Assembly: GCA_963674735.2 (NCBI GenBank)
Contig: CAXXQS010000001.1
Span: 1,984,001-2,048,000, forward strand
Direction of reading: 5' to 3'
Length of the DNA stretch: 64,000 nucleotides
Source: Myxococcota bacterium
GTDB lineage: Bacteria > Myxococcota_A > SURF-8
Position 1 is the stretch's first letter; each line of letters starts with the position of its first letter. Positions 19,466-29,605 of this stretch are shown here, piece after piece. A model generated the notes under the pieces. The model worked only from the letters and a program-made list of their open reading frames with translations. It did no database searches and had not been told where the DNA came from. The translations under genes were made by a program, and so were the position numbers.

Positions 19466-20443
19466 ATGAAGCGCAAGCCCGTTAACGACCGCTGCTGTAT
19501 GAACCCGGATTGTTCTCTTCATGGGCAGTTTGGCAAGGACAATATCATCCGGCACTCGTTCTACAAAACGCGCCAGGGCCGACGTCGTCGCTATCTCTGC
19601 AAAGCCTGCAAGAAGACCTTCGGTTCCACGGCGGGAACGCCTTATTATCGCCTGCAAAAGTCGCGCGCCACCTTCGACGAAGTGGCTACGATGGCCGTGG
19701 AGGGCGTTGGCATCTCGGCAACGGCACGAATCAAAAATCTGGCCCCGGACACGGTGGCGAACTGGAGAGAGAAAGCCGCCGGGCATGCCGACCGGTTCAA
19801 TGACAAGATGCTCAAGGGTTTCGATCTGATTGAGCTTCAGGCCGACGAGATGCGGACCTTTGTGGACACGAAACTGAAGCCGATCTGGGTTCTGACGCTG
19901 CTGGAAGTCTGGTCGCGGCTGTGGGTGTCCTGCGTGGTGGGTCGGCGGAGCTATCGGAATGTCAAGACCGTCTTCGGCGCGGCGATTGAGCGTGGCGAAT
20001 TCAAGGAGCGCTTCCTGATGACGAGCGACGGGTTCGAGCCATATGCCTGGGCTGTAGCGTCCATGTTTTCTCTGGTTTGCATGTACGCGCAGGTGATCAA
20101 GACGCGGCGTAAGGATCGGGTAATCAAGGTGGAACAAAGGCTGATCTCCTGAACAAAGGAACAGCTTGAAGAGGCTTTGCTCAATTCCGAGGACTCCTGG
20201 ACGATCAACATGCCTTTCATCGAGCGGCAGAATATGACGATCCGTCGGGGCAACTTCTATCTGCAGCACAAGACGGCCTCGCACGCCCGGGAGTCGGGTC
20301 ATCTGGACGGCAGCCTGGCCTTGAAGTTTGGGAAAGAAGTTCGGACTCCTGCCATGCAGGCCGAAATCGTGTCACAGAAGCTGAGCTTCCGGGATGTCTT
20401 CACCTGTCGGGCGCTTCTCTTTTTATGCCTGCTCATCTGGTAG
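19466..20443 (+). mobile_element. IS1-family-like transposase, disrupted near 20150
   Basis: Zn-ribbon CCMNPDC...RYLCKACKKTF, HTH, LQADEMRTFV, SDGFEPY, INMPFIERQNMTIRR, RTPAMQA, split over two frames. Confidence 0.78.
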
Positions 20444-20514
20444 CTGATTCAGTGCGAAAAATTGACCCGCAGGGCAGGTTGGGTAACGCTGACAACACTT
20501 GAATAGAGATGCAC

Positions 20515-20663
20515 CCGACATTCGCACGACAAAGCGCTACATGCATCTCAGTCCGAATGTGAAACGAGAGGCGGTGCAACTGCTGAATCGCAATCGCACA
20601 ATAGCCGCACAAAACGGCTGGAATATTATAACTGCCTGATAATACAAGAATAAAATGGTGGAG
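20515..20663 (+). repeat. 149-bp integrase 3' end, arm repeats and TGGTGGAG core; inverted copy of 41218-41366
   Basis: Near-identical reverse complement with about 5 mismatches. Encodes DIRTTKRYMHLSPNVKREAVQLL. Confidence 0.9.
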
Positions 20664-20977
20664 CAATGCAGTCGTAGCGTCGAAAATTCTCTGAATTTTG
20701 GCGGTTTGCAACATGTTGGGATTACTCATCTTTTTGATAGGCAACAGAGAGGTTTTTTTCGTAGCTTGCGATGACCGCAAGGAGCTAAAAAATTTTCTCT
20801 TGGAATCATTACGTTTTTTCGGCTCACGCGTCGATTTCCTCCAGTCCGAAATTTGGGAAACAGCTTTGAGTTAACATCCTATGTGCATGCAATCCACCGG
20901 ATTTCATCTTCCATAAAACCGTCGAAATCGCCCGGATGGAGTTTTCGGGTAGCACAACGCACAACGACCATACACTG

Positions 20978-21013
20978 CGAATATTTCGCAGTATCACGCT
21001 TAAACTTCCTAAT
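20978..21013 (+). promoter_or_regulatory. 36-bp LysR(NhaR)-type operator/promoter motif, copy 1
   Basis: CGAATATTTCGCAGTATCACGCTTAAACTTCCTAAT; related copies at 29484-29519 and 30917-30952. Confidence 0.7.
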
Positions 21014-21079
21014 AGACGATATATCGGCTCGAAGAATACAATAAAAACGTAGACTGGATTGAACGAGAGGAAAGACAAA

Positions 21080-21844
21080 ATGGGATCGTTAATAATGACT
21101 GGATCGGTAATCGTATTCGGAATTCTGGCCCTGCTGACGTTTTCCGGTATTCGCATCTTGAATCAATACGAGCGCGGTGTGGTTTTCCGCTTCGGGCGCA
21201 TCACGAAGACTCTGGAGCCGGGCTTCCGCTGGATCATTCCGGTCGTCGATCGGATGGTGCGAATCAGCACGCGCGTCATCGCCACCGATGTTCCAGAGCA
21301 GGATGTCATTACGCTTGACAACGTATCGATCAAAGTGAATGCCGTTGTGTACTTCAAGGTACTCGATCCCATCAAAGCGGTGATCGAGGTGGAGAATTAC
21401 CTGTACGCAACCAGCCAGATCAGTCAGACCACGTTACGTTCCGTGCTTGGCCAGAGCCAGTTGGATGAACTTCTGTCCGAGCGGGAAAAGATCAACCAGA
21501 CGCTTCAGGAGATCATCGACAAGCATACCGATCCATGGGGTGTACGCGTAACGCTGGTGGAGGTCAAGCAGTTAGATCTACCGCAAACGATGCAACGGGC
21601 CATGGCCGGCCAGGCGGAAGCCGAGCGCGAGCGACGCGCCAAAATCATCGCCGCCGAAGGAGAGTTTCAGGCATCCACCCGTTTGCGTGAGGCGGCGGAT
21701 ATCATGTCGGAAAATCCGACAGCGCTTCAACTGCGCTACTTGCAGACCCTCAATCAGATCGCTACCGAAAAGAATTCGACGATCATTTTCCCGCTTCCTA
21801 TCGATTTGTTGTCCGCGATGTCGTCGAAAAAGAATGATAGCTGA
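21080..21844 (+). CDS. SPFH/slipin (stomatin-like) membrane protein
   Basis: N-terminal [63 protein letters not shown]. Confidence 0.93.
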   Translation: MGSLIMTGSVIVFGILALLTFSGIRILNQYERGVVFRFGRITKTLEPGFRWIIPVVDRMVRISTRVIATDVPEQDVITLDNVSIKVNAVVYFKVLDPIKAVIEVENYLYATSQISQTTLRSVLGQSQLDELLSEREKINQTLQEIIDKHTDPWGVRVTLVEVKQLDLPQTMQRAMAGQAEAERERRAKIIAAEGEFQASTRLREAADIMSENPTALQLRYLQTLNQIATEKNSTIIFPLPIDLLSAMSSKKNDS

Positions 21845-21860
21845 TCTCAGGAGAAACCCA

Positions 21861-23543
21861 ATGAGCATACATGAGGCAACATCCTCCCTGCGGACAGAAA
21901 ATGAAAAGATAGCGCGAAAAAAAAGACACCGGCGTTTGTTTCGCCTGATCCTGCCCGCGTTTCCGCCGTTCAACATTTATAGCCGGATAGCGAAGACAAC
22001 GACGGCCCTGGGGCCGGTGTGCGTCGGAACAGCCGCTTCGAAATTGGGGAACTGGGATGTTGAGATCATCGACGAGAATAATTGTCCCAGCAAGTTCTGC
22101 CCGAAGGACGCCGCCGGATTACCCGACCACGACGTTCTCCAGAGTCTCCGCCCGGCCGATGTGGTCGGCTTCTACGGTTCGATGACGTCGGCGATCCCAA
22201 GACTCTATCATTTGGCCGAGCGATACCATGAACTCGGCGCGAAAACGATCGCGGGCGGGTACCACGTCAGAAGTCTTCCGGATGAAGCTCTGGACAATTT
22301 CATTGATGTTGTGGCTCTGGGAGAAAGCGAAACGATCATACGGGACGTGCTGTCGGCATTCGAACTCAATGAAGACCCTTTGCACGTGCCCGGTATCTGT
22401 TTTAACCGGAATGGCTCTCATGTCTTCACTGACGATATGGCGCCGATTGAAGACCTGGACGGATTGCCCTTTCCCGATTTCAGCCTCGTCCGCTACGCGC
22501 GGTTGGATATTTACCCTATCGGGCGAACCCGCGGCTGCAACATGAATTGCGAATTCTGCGCCGTGAAAGACAAATCGCGATGCGCCTCGCCAGAATGGAT
22601 GGTTGCGCAGATCGCCCATTTGATCGAAACGAGAAAGTCGCGGGAGTTTTTCGATGTCAGCGATCACTTTTGCGCGTCGGGCGTGGATGAATCCATCCGC
22701 TTCTGTAACCTCCTGGCTGATTATCTTGACACAACAGGGGGGCGCATTGAAATGACGGTGCAGATTCGGCTTACCGACGCCCATCACGGGGAGTTGCTCA
22801 AAGCAATGCGGAAAGCCGGGATCTACAATCTGGCGATCGGCATCGAATCCTGCATCGACGAAGAATTGACGGTGATGCGCAAGGGCTACCATGAAAAGGA
22901 TATTCTCGATTTACTCGATGTGTATCATCAATATGGCTTCTTCGTTCACGGTATGATGATTTTCGGTTACCCATCCAAACCGAAACACCGGATCGAAATC
23001 TCTCTGCAGCGGCGTATGAAGAGTTTCCGTAGTTTTATCAAGCACCTGGACACGGCCCAAATTCTTCTCCCAGTTCCGCTGCCTGGAACGGAGTTGACCA
23101 GACGGCTTGACAGCGAAGGCCGACTTTACCACCTGGACTACCAATACTACGATGGCCAGTTCCTTCTCTTTGAACCGGATGAGGGAATCGATGCCAAGGA
23201 GTTGCAGCATTCGGTCATAACGCTGATGAGCGGATTCTACAGACCGAGATACATTCTAAGCCTGATAACCGCCATTATGATCTATTTTCCCACAATCGTT
23301 TTTCCTCGCGTCGCGACGCTTCTTACGTTTCGTGTCCGATACATCGTTCGAAGTTTCCGATCCTGGTATCACAATCACTTTCGCAATAATGCCATCCGAT
23401 TCGCGGGCAGTTTCATCGTCATAAAGTGGAAGTCGTACTTCAGACAAAGCGATTTCATGGATCAACTGGATCGGATGCGGATTGCCTTTTCCGATCAACC
23501 GGCAAACCAGGAGACTTGTATTAAACAGGAGGAAAACAAATGA
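21861..23543 (+). CDS. B12-binding radical SAM protein
   Basis: TRGCNMNCEFC motif, N-terminal cobalamin-binding-like domain (IAGGYH, VALGESE), GIES, PLPGT. Confidence 0.88.
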   Translation: MSIHEATSSLRTENEKIARKKRHRRLFRLILPAFPPFNIYSRIAKTTTALGPVCVGTAASKLGNWDVEIIDENNCPSKFCPKDAAGLPDHDVLQSLRPADVVGFYGSMTSAIPRLYHLAERYHELGAKTIAGGYHVRSLPDEALDNFIDVVALGESETIIRDVLSAFELNEDPLHVPGICFNRNGSHVFTDDMAPIEDLDGLPFPDFSLVRYARLDIYPIGRTRGCNMNCEFCAVKDKSRCASPEWMVAQIAHLIETRKSREFFDVSDHFCASGVDESIRFCNLLADYLDTTGGRIEMTVQIRLTDAHHGELLKAMRKAGIYNLAIGIESCIDEELTVMRKGYHEKDILDLLDVYHQYGFFVHGMMIFGYPSKPKHRIEISLQRRMKSFRSFIKHLDTAQILLPVPLPGTELTRRLDSEGRLYHLDYQYYDGQFLLFEPDEGIDAKELQHSVITLMSGFYRPRYILSLITAIMIYFPTIVFPRVATLLTFRVRYIVRSFRSWYHNHFRNNAIRFAGSFIVIKWKSYFRQSDFMDQLDRMRIAFSDQPANQETCIKQEENK

Positions 23544-23696
23544 CTTACAAAAAATAGTTGGTTTTGGTGATGTTCGCTTTGTTGTGGCTGCCGGTCACAA
23601 CTACACACACCATGTTCAGCGGCTGGGTTCATGTGCTCCTTATTGCAGGAGTCATAACCGGTCTGGTGTTCATTTTTCAGGGTCGGACGCCAATAG
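23540..23696 (+). pseudogene. lmo0937/DUF5670-like small membrane protein with in-frame TAG
   Basis: RBS AGGAGG. Reads MTYKK*LVLVMFALLWLPVTTTHTMFSGWVHVLLIAGVITGLVFIFQGRTP; absent from the ORF track. Confidence 0.65.
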
Positions 23697-23795
23697 GGGA
23701 CATACGAAAGAACGAACTTTGAGAAACGAAGGAGCGGCATCTCAACCGAATGTTTTGGTTGGGAATCGCAAAACAACTCACAAAAGGAGAATCTC

Positions 23796-24155
23796 ATGAA
23801 TAATAGCATCGTAATTTTATTGTTTACCATGGCCATTCTGGCCACAGCATTCGCTGCGGGATGTGCCAGCGTACCCCTGCGATCGGAGGCATCGACATCG
23901 GGGATCCGCGCTGCTGAGGAAGTGGGAGCCTCGGATGTACCCCAGGCGTCGCTGCATTTACAGCTTGCCAAGGAGGAGCTGGCGCGTGCTCAGAAACTGA
24001 ACGAGGACGGAGAAGAGGAGCAGGCCACGTCGATGCTGATGCGTGCCGAAGCCGACGCTGAACTGGCCGTGGCGCTATCCCGTGGTGACGCCGAAAGAGT
24101 GGAAGCCCAAAAAGCGATGGAACGGGTTAAGCAACTTCGGCAAGACAACAAATAA
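23796..24155 (+). CDS. DUF4398 lipoprotein
   Basis: Lipobox AAGC, ASLHLQLAKEELARA, RAEADAELAVAL. Confidence 0.85.
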   Translation: MNNSIVILLFTMAILATAFAAGCASVPLRSEASTSGIRAAEEVGASDVPQASLHLQLAKEELARAQKLNEDGEEEQATSMLMRAEADAELAVALSRGDAERVEAQKAMERVKQLRQDNK

Positions 24156-24175
24156 CTCAAAGAAAGGAACGTAAA

Positions 24176-25021
24176 ATGAAAGCTATACTACTCGTGATTC
24201 TTGTCGTGTTCTTCGTCGGTTGCGCAACGGCAACGCCGAAAGAACTTATCAGCGCTAGAGCGGCTTATCAACAGGCAAGCGAGGGTCCGGCAGCTAAACT
24301 GGCACCGGCGGAATTGCACAAGGCACATGTGGCGCTCGCCAAGGCCGAGCAGTCGTTCGACAAAAACTCCGACTCATTCAGAACGCTGGATCTCTCCTAC
24401 GTCGCCCAGCGCAAATCCGAGCTGGCGGGAGCGCTTGGCACCATGGCGGCGGACAAGGCCAGCAAAATCAATTCGGATTCCGCCTATGATTCGGAACAGG
24501 CCGATATCGCAAAACAGGCGAAACAGGATCTAATCGATTCTCAAAAGCGTGCGGCAGACGCCAAAGTGAAACGGGATCTGAGTAATTCCGAAGCGCGAAC
24601 GGCCGCCGCTCTGGCGGAACTCGCGAAACTAGCCGCTGTGAAGGAAGACGAACGGGGACTGGTTGTAACCTTATCCGGAAGCGTTCTATTCCGATCCAAC
24701 CAATCCTCGCTTCTCCCCGTTGCAAAGTCAAAACTGGATGAAGTGGGAAAAGCCCTGAGAACGGTAAGCGAGCGCAATCTAATCATCGAAGGCCATACCG
24801 ATTCGATGGGCAAAGCGTCCTATAACCAGAAACTCTCCCAACAGCGAGCCGACACCGTGCGCAATTACCTTATACGTGATGGCTACCCGGCTGACCGCAT
24901 TCGGGCCAGAGGCATGGGACAGGGAAGCCCGGTAGGGGACAATTCATCGGCCGAGGGTCGAGCCAACAATCGCCGCGTCGAGATCATCATCGAGCGTGAA
25001 TCGCACGCATCCAGCAAATAG
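24176..25021 (+). CDS. DUF4398-OmpA family lipoprotein
   Basis: Lipobox FVGC and OmpA C-domain IEGHTDS, NQKLSQQRA, GRANNRRVEI. Confidence 0.9.
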   Translation: MKAILLVILVVFFVGCATATPKELISARAAYQQASEGPAAKLAPAELHKAHVALAKAEQSFDKNSDSFRTLDLSYVAQRKSELAGALGTMAADKASKINSDSAYDSEQADIAKQAKQDLIDSQKRAADAKVKRDLSNSEARTAAALAELAKLAAVKEDERGLVVTLSGSVLFRSNQSSLLPVAKSKLDEVGKALRTVSERNLIIEGHTDSMGKASYNQKLSQQRADTVRNYLIRDGYPADRIRARGMGQGSPVGDNSSAEGRANNRRVEIIIERESHASSK

Positions 25022-25039
25022 GCCGAGAAGGAGTATCAT

Positions 25040-25235
25040 ATGAATCAGGATCAAGTGAAAGGCAAGTGGGATCAGTTCAAGGGAAGAGCCGAAGAAAGCC
25101 TGGGGCGAGCTCACGGAGGACGACTTCAAGAAGGCGGAAGGCTCCACGGACAAGCTCTACGGCATTATCCAGGAGCGGTTCGGCGACACCAAGGAAGCGA
25201 TCATCAAGAAACTCGAAGCGCTTCACCTGAAATGA
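25040..25235 (+). pseudogene. CsbD/YjbJ family stress protein with +1 frameshift near 25091
   Basis: MNQDQVKGKWDQFKGRA, then in the shifted frame KKAWGELTEDDFKKAEGSTDKLYGIIQERFG...*. Confidence 0.85.
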
Positions 25236-25398
25236 TCCAGAGCGGACTAAACGGTCTGATCTTCCCAGGGAAGAATAGACAACTTTCCCTGGGAAGACCG
25301 AAAGGCGAAAGAACGGATCGTAAGGATAGAATAAATAGTATTCCAGTCAATTGGTATTGACTGTGTAATTCGAGATAAATCAACGGAATGAGGTTTCA

Positions 25399-26676
25399 AT
25401 GGGAAACGTATTCAAGAGCGGAATTTATTTGCTCGCCGCGACCGTCATGGCCACCATATTGGTCATCGCCTGTGGAGATTCCAAAGACGGGGACTCGGCG
25501 ACCGATGGCGACTCGACGACCGATGGGGACATGACGACCGATGGCGACTCGACGACCGATGGCGACTCGGCGACCGATGGCGACTCGGCGACCGATGGGG
25601 ACTCGACAACCGATGGGGACTCGACGTCAGATGGGGACTCCACGACCGATAAGGACTCGACAGAAGTTGAGGACACAACGGACCCCACTGTTCTGTCCAC
25701 CAATCCTGCCGACGGCGCTCTGAGCGTGCCCATAAACCGAAGCATTACCGTAATTTTCTCCGAGGCGATGCGCTCAACCTCGCTGACTGCGGCCACCTTT
25801 ACGATTGTGGGACCTGACGAGGTTTCCGTATCCGGAGAAATCTCCTGCTTAGACAAGCGCGCGACTTTTAATCCACTCGTGAATTTAGAATTCGAAACCC
25901 TTTATCAGGCGAGAATTACCGCGGATGTGAAGGACATGGCTGGCAACGAGCTGTCCAGCGACCATGTGTGGAGTTTCACGACTGGAGTTAATATGTTCGC
26001 TGGACCAGCCCCCGTACTTCTCGGCCTGGCCGGGGATTTCGTGATCCTGGCGAAGTCAGGAATCGATACAATTCCAATCTCTGCCGTTACTGGAAACATC
26101 GGTGTAAGTCCAATCGATTCGACTGCCATCACGGGGTTCTCGCTCATGATGGACGCGAGTAATGAATACGCGACATCCGGTCAGGTCACCGGAATGGTAT
26201 TTGCAGCCGACTATACATCTCCAACTCCTTCATATCTGACGACTGCGGTGAGCGACATGGAAACCGCGTATGTCGATGCGGCCGGACGCTTAATACCTGA
26301 CGACACCGAACTTGGTAGCGGAGAAATCGGCGGCTTGACACTGACACCCGGACTCTATAAGTGGGGTACGAATGTGTTGATATCAACGGATGTAACTCTT
26401 GATGGTGGACCGAATGATGTCTGGATCTTCCAGATTGCAGGAGATGTCGCCCAGGCTTCCGGAACCCACGTCATCCTGAGCGGCGGTGCCGTACCTGAAA
26501 ACATCTTTTGGCAAACCTTCGGTCAACTCAAGATCGGAACGACTGCACATTTCGAAGGGATAGTCTTATGTGAAACGGCGATCATTCTGGGAACCGGTTC
26601 TTCAATGAATGGAAGGCTGCTATCGCAGACGGCGGTCAACATCAATGGCAGCATCATCGTCGAACCCGTCCGGTAA
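25399..26676 (+). CDS. Ice-binding (DUF3494) lipoprotein with Ig-like (Big_5) domain
   Basis: Lipobox VIAC, (DGDS[T/A]T)n repeats, PTVLSTNPADGA...VIFSEAM, FVILAKSGI, LTPGLYKW, VWIFQI, NIFWQ, GRLLSQTAV. Confidence 0.9.
   Translation: MGNVFKSGIYLLAATVMATILVIACGDSKDGDSATDGDSTTDGDMTTDGDSTTDGDSATDGDSATDGDSTTDGDSTSDGDSTTDKDSTEVEDTTDPTVLSTNPADGALSVPINRSITVIFSEAMRSTSLTAATFTIVGPDEVSVSGEISCLDKRATFNPLVNLEFETLYQARITADVKDMAGNELSSDHVWSFTTGVNMFAGPAPVLLGLAGDFVILAKSGIDTIPISAVTGNIGVSPIDSTAITGFSLMMDASNEYATSGQVTGMVFAADYTSPTPSYLTTAVSDMETAYVDAAGRLIPDDTELGSGEIGGLTLTPGLYKWGTNVLISTDVTLDGGPNDVWIFQIAGDVAQASGTHVILSGGAVPENIFWQTFGQLKIGTTAHFEGIVLCETAIILGTGSSMNGRLLSQTAVNINGSIIVEPVR
25486..25660 (+). repeat. 18-bp coding tandem repeat (about 9-10 copies)
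   Basis: gatggcgactcg(a/g)cgacc units encoding DGDS(A/T)T. Confidence 0.85.
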
Positions 26677-26773
26677 CCCCGAGAACGCGACATCTACACG
26701 AAAATGGAGTCCAGATGAGTCGTTCAGGATTGAAACAGAGAAATTATGACTACATTGGAGAAGTGAGGAAAAC

Positions 26774-27373
26774 ATGAAACGTTTCTGTTGGATTCAGGTG
26801 ATTATATTGGTTCTATCGGGCGTCCTGGCTGCCTGTTCGAGCGATTCGGGTTCCGAGACAGGGACCGTAACGGTGACGCTTCAGGATACGCCTGCCAACG
26901 TGGAAAAGCTGGAAGTCACGCTCTCCGAGGTATCCGTTCATTTCGTCCCGCAGGGAAATAGCGAAGATGAGGATGGCGACCAGAACAATGACGGCGATTC
27001 CAGCGATTACGAGACGGCTGGAAGCGACATCGACAAACCCGCCTGGGTGAACATTCTGTCCGAGGAGGAAGCCACCTTCGATCTGATTCTTCTCAAGGAC
27101 AACCCGACCGTGCTGGGCAGCATTGAACTGGGCGAGGGCAAGATCACCCAGATTCGCCTTTATCTGTCCGAAACCACCGCGCCCGTGGCAACCATCGACG
27201 GGATCGAACATCCCGTGACGGTCCCGTCCGGGAAGATCAAACTGGTCGGCCAGTTCGACATCGTAGCGGATCATGAGACCGTCATCCGTCTGGACTTCGA
27301 CGCCGCCGAGTCGCTCAAGGAAAATGCCAATGGCTACAGGCTCCAACCCACAATCAAGATTGTGGCGGAATAG
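26774..27373 (+). CDS. DUF4382 lipoprotein
   Basis: Lipobox LAAC, GTVTVTLQDTP, GKITQIRL, VPSGKIKL, LDFDAAESL, YRLQPTI. Confidence 0.85.
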   Translation: MKRFCWIQVIILVLSGVLAACSSDSGSETGTVTVTLQDTPANVEKLEVTLSEVSVHFVPQGNSEDEDGDQNNDGDSSDYETAGSDIDKPAWVNILSEEEATFDLILLKDNPTVLGSIELGEGKITQIRLYLSETTAPVATIDGIEHPVTVPSGKIKLVGQFDIVADHETVIRLDFDAAESLKENANGYRLQPTIKIVAE

Positions 27374-27481
27374 CCATGACATACCGGATTTAAATCGATC
27401 CAGTTAAAACGCAGACACTCGGAATTTTCCGGTACTGCGGTGGAACGTCGAGTTGAAAGAACCTGGAAAAAGAGGAAAGAC

Positions 27482-28015
27482 ATGTCCATAAAAAGACAGA
27501 TAGCCAGAAGGCTCAGGGTGTTGGCCGCTATAGCCATCTGCATACTGGCCATCTCGGCGACCGGTTCGATTGCAAACGCCAGCAACATCGAGCAGCCGGG
27601 TCGTTTTGGCTTGGGCTTGAGTGTCGGATGGCCGGGACCGGCACTCTCCACCAACACATTCGTGGCCGATTGGATGAGCATCCAGGCCAACATCGGCCCA
27701 TTTTGGTCGTTTCATGGCGGCTTCGTGGCGGCCGATTACCTCTTCTGGCTGCACGACATCGTCAAGGTCGAGGCGCTCGACTTCACCTGGTTCGTCGGTC
27801 CCGGCCTGGTCTTCGCCTTCTGGGGGGATTCCCATCATTCCTACCGAAGCGGTTCCAACATGGCCGGAGCGGTGGAGGGAGACATCGGTCTGGCGTTGCA
27901 GTTCAAGCAACAGCCGTTCGACCTGGTTTTCCAGATGGCTCCGGGCATCATGTTCGGTGAATTCGGGGCCGCGTTCTGGATCCAGGGCGGCGCGGCCTTC
28001 CGCTATTATTTCTAG
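27482..28015 (+). CDS. Small outer-membrane beta-barrel protein (DUF3996-like)
   Basis: Signal peptide, GRFGLGLSVGWP, amphipathic strands and C-terminal AFRYYF barrel signal. Confidence 0.7.
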   Translation: MSIKRQIARRLRVLAAIAICILAISATGSIANASNIEQPGRFGLGLSVGWPGPALSTNTFVADWMSIQANIGPFWSFHGGFVAADYLFWLHDIVKVEALDFTWFVGPGLVFAFWGDSHHSYRSGSNMAGAVEGDIGLALQFKQQPFDLVFQMAPGIMFGEFGAAFWIQGGAAFRYYF

Positions 28016-28124
28016 CAGTCTTACTTTTCCCAATCGCGCTTGCCAGTTGAGGTTGGGGTTACACACGCTATGGCAATCAAAATATGTCGCCAGCCGCCAT
28101 CATCCTGAAAGAAAGACGAACACC

Positions 28125-28250
28125 ATGAATATCCTGATAAAGACCGATCGCAACATTGATGGACACCGGACGCTATCCGATCAGATCAGCGGTATAGTGG
28201 AGGGCTGTCTGGCTGATCATTTCCGCCGTACGATAACAGCAAGTGCGTAA
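28125..28250 (+). pseudogene. Truncated HPF/RaiA-like ribosome-associated protein
   Basis: MNILIKTDRNIDGHRTLSDQISGIVEGCLADHF resembles the N-terminus of HPF-family proteins and stops at 41 aa. Confidence 0.55.
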
Positions 28251-28307
28251 AAACGATGCTCGAATGTGATATCAACAATCCGAAAATCCTTGAAAGGCGA
28301 CAAACCG

Positions 28308-28442
28308 ATGCAGGATAAAGATCAGAAAAAAAGACAGGATAAATCGAACAAACCAAAACTCACCAAGAAAGAAAAAAAAGCGAAAAAGAAAGACAAGCAA
28401 AAAGACAAAGAAGAGATTGGTGGAATCAAAACTGAGAAGTGA
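28308..28442 (+). CDS. 44-aa Lys-rich small protein
   Basis: RBS GAAAGG. Reads MQDKDQKKRQDKSNKPKLTKKEKKAKKKDKQKDKEEIGGIKTEK; below the ORF-track cutoff. Confidence 0.5.
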   Translation: MQDKDQKKRQDKSNKPKLTKKEKKAKKKDKQKDKEEIGGIKTEK

Positions 28443-28559
28443 GTAACCTGGATTTTGGCAGGAATACGTCATTCCAACCGGTTTAAGGATTTCCATATGC
28501 ATTTCATGCCTAGATCGGAATGAGTTGTCATGTTCGTTTCCGGCATATGTACGTAGTCA

Positions 28560-29468
28560 TCAATCTCCGTTGCCAAAAATCTTTTTACGGGCTTCTTCAT
28601 TGATTGCGACCAGGACAGGGTGTTTCAGTTTCTTCTCCACCGAAACGGCATAGAACCGAACACGCACATCATCCAGTGTGCCGACCGGGCGAACGTTGTA
28701 TCGTTTCCGCATCTCATCGACAATGACGCTGGGTGCAGGGAAAAGCCCCATGCCGGATTGTCCAAACACCTTAAGAAGGATGCTGTCTTCAAATTCGCCG
28801 ACGATTTGCGGGCGTATTTCCCGAGAAACAAACCACTGGTCTATGGATTGTCGTATTTCGGTATTCTCGGTCGGTAAAAGAAACGGAGCGCCGTCAAGGG
28901 ACTGCGGAAAACCTCGTTTATACCGCGTAACCATTTCGCCGGATCCAAAAACAGTAAGTCCGCATTCTCCCAGCAAGTGATTGTAAGCCTTGACTCTGAT
29001 GGAAGGGTCCATCGGCGTATCGGTTAAAACCACATCCAAGTTGTGAATCGCCAGTTCGGCTAACAGCTCTTTTGGTTTGTCTTCTCTACAAACGAGGTTG
29101 AGCGGCCCTAACTGCTGAACGGTCGGAGCTAGCAGTAAATGTGCGATCAACCGGGGAAAGGAGTTGGCGATACCGATGATGACCTTGGGCGGGCGATTGG
29201 TGGGGTTACCCTTCAACACATCCTGCATCTCTCGACCGAGGGTGAAAATCTCATTGGCATAGCGGAACACCGTTTGCCCTACTTCGGTCAAAACCAGGTT
29301 GCGCCCCTTTTTGTCGAAAAGCTTCTCCCCTAGAACCTCCTCGAATCGCTTGATCTGGCCGCTGATCGTCGGTTGCGCCAGGCGAAGCACTTCGCTCGCT
29401 TTGACGATGCTCCCTTCCTTCGCAACAGTCCAGAAGTAAAGGAGATGATGGTAGTTGATCCATTCCAT
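28560..29468 (-). CDS. nhaR: LysR family transcriptional activator, NhaR-like
   Basis: MEWINYHHLLYFWTVAKEGSI...QPTISGQIK and GEFEDSILLKVFGQSG are characteristic of NhaR. Confidence 0.88.
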   Translation of the reverse strand: MEWINYHHLLYFWTVAKEGSIVKASEVLRLAQPTISGQIKRFEEVLGEKLFDKKGRNLVLTEVGQTVFRYANEIFTLGREMQDVLKGNPTNRPPKVIIGIANSFPRLIAHLLLAPTVQQLGPLNLVCREDKPKELLAELAIHNLDVVLTDTPMDPSIRVKAYNHLLGECGLTVFGSGEMVTRYKRGFPQSLDGAPFLLPTENTEIRQSIDQWFVSREIRPQIVGEFEDSILLKVFGQSGMGLFPAPSVIVDEMRKRYNVRPVGTLDDVRVRFYAVSVEKKLKHPVLVAINEEARKKIFGNGD

Positions 29469-29483
29469 TAAAAAATGTTACCT

Positions 29484-29519
29484 CGAATATTTCGAAGATA
29501 CAAGCTCAATCTTCCTAAT
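29484..29519 (+). promoter_or_regulatory. 36-bp LysR(NhaR)-type operator motif, copy 2, in the nhaR divergent region
   Basis: CGAATATTTCGAAGATACAAGCTCAATCTTCCTAAT, overlapping the dyad TCGA-N5-TCGA (T-N11-A). Confidence 0.72.
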
Positions 29520-29605
29520 TGTCAAACTAGTTGGCAAAGGTTCATGATGATACTTGGCAGCCATTTAAATCTTGTATTTTGATTGCAACCGGAAGGAACT
29601 CGACA

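Noticed and set aside
25040-25360. 106-aa ORF as given in the track
   Set aside because: It is the out-of-frame read-through of a frameshifted CsbD gene ending at 25235.
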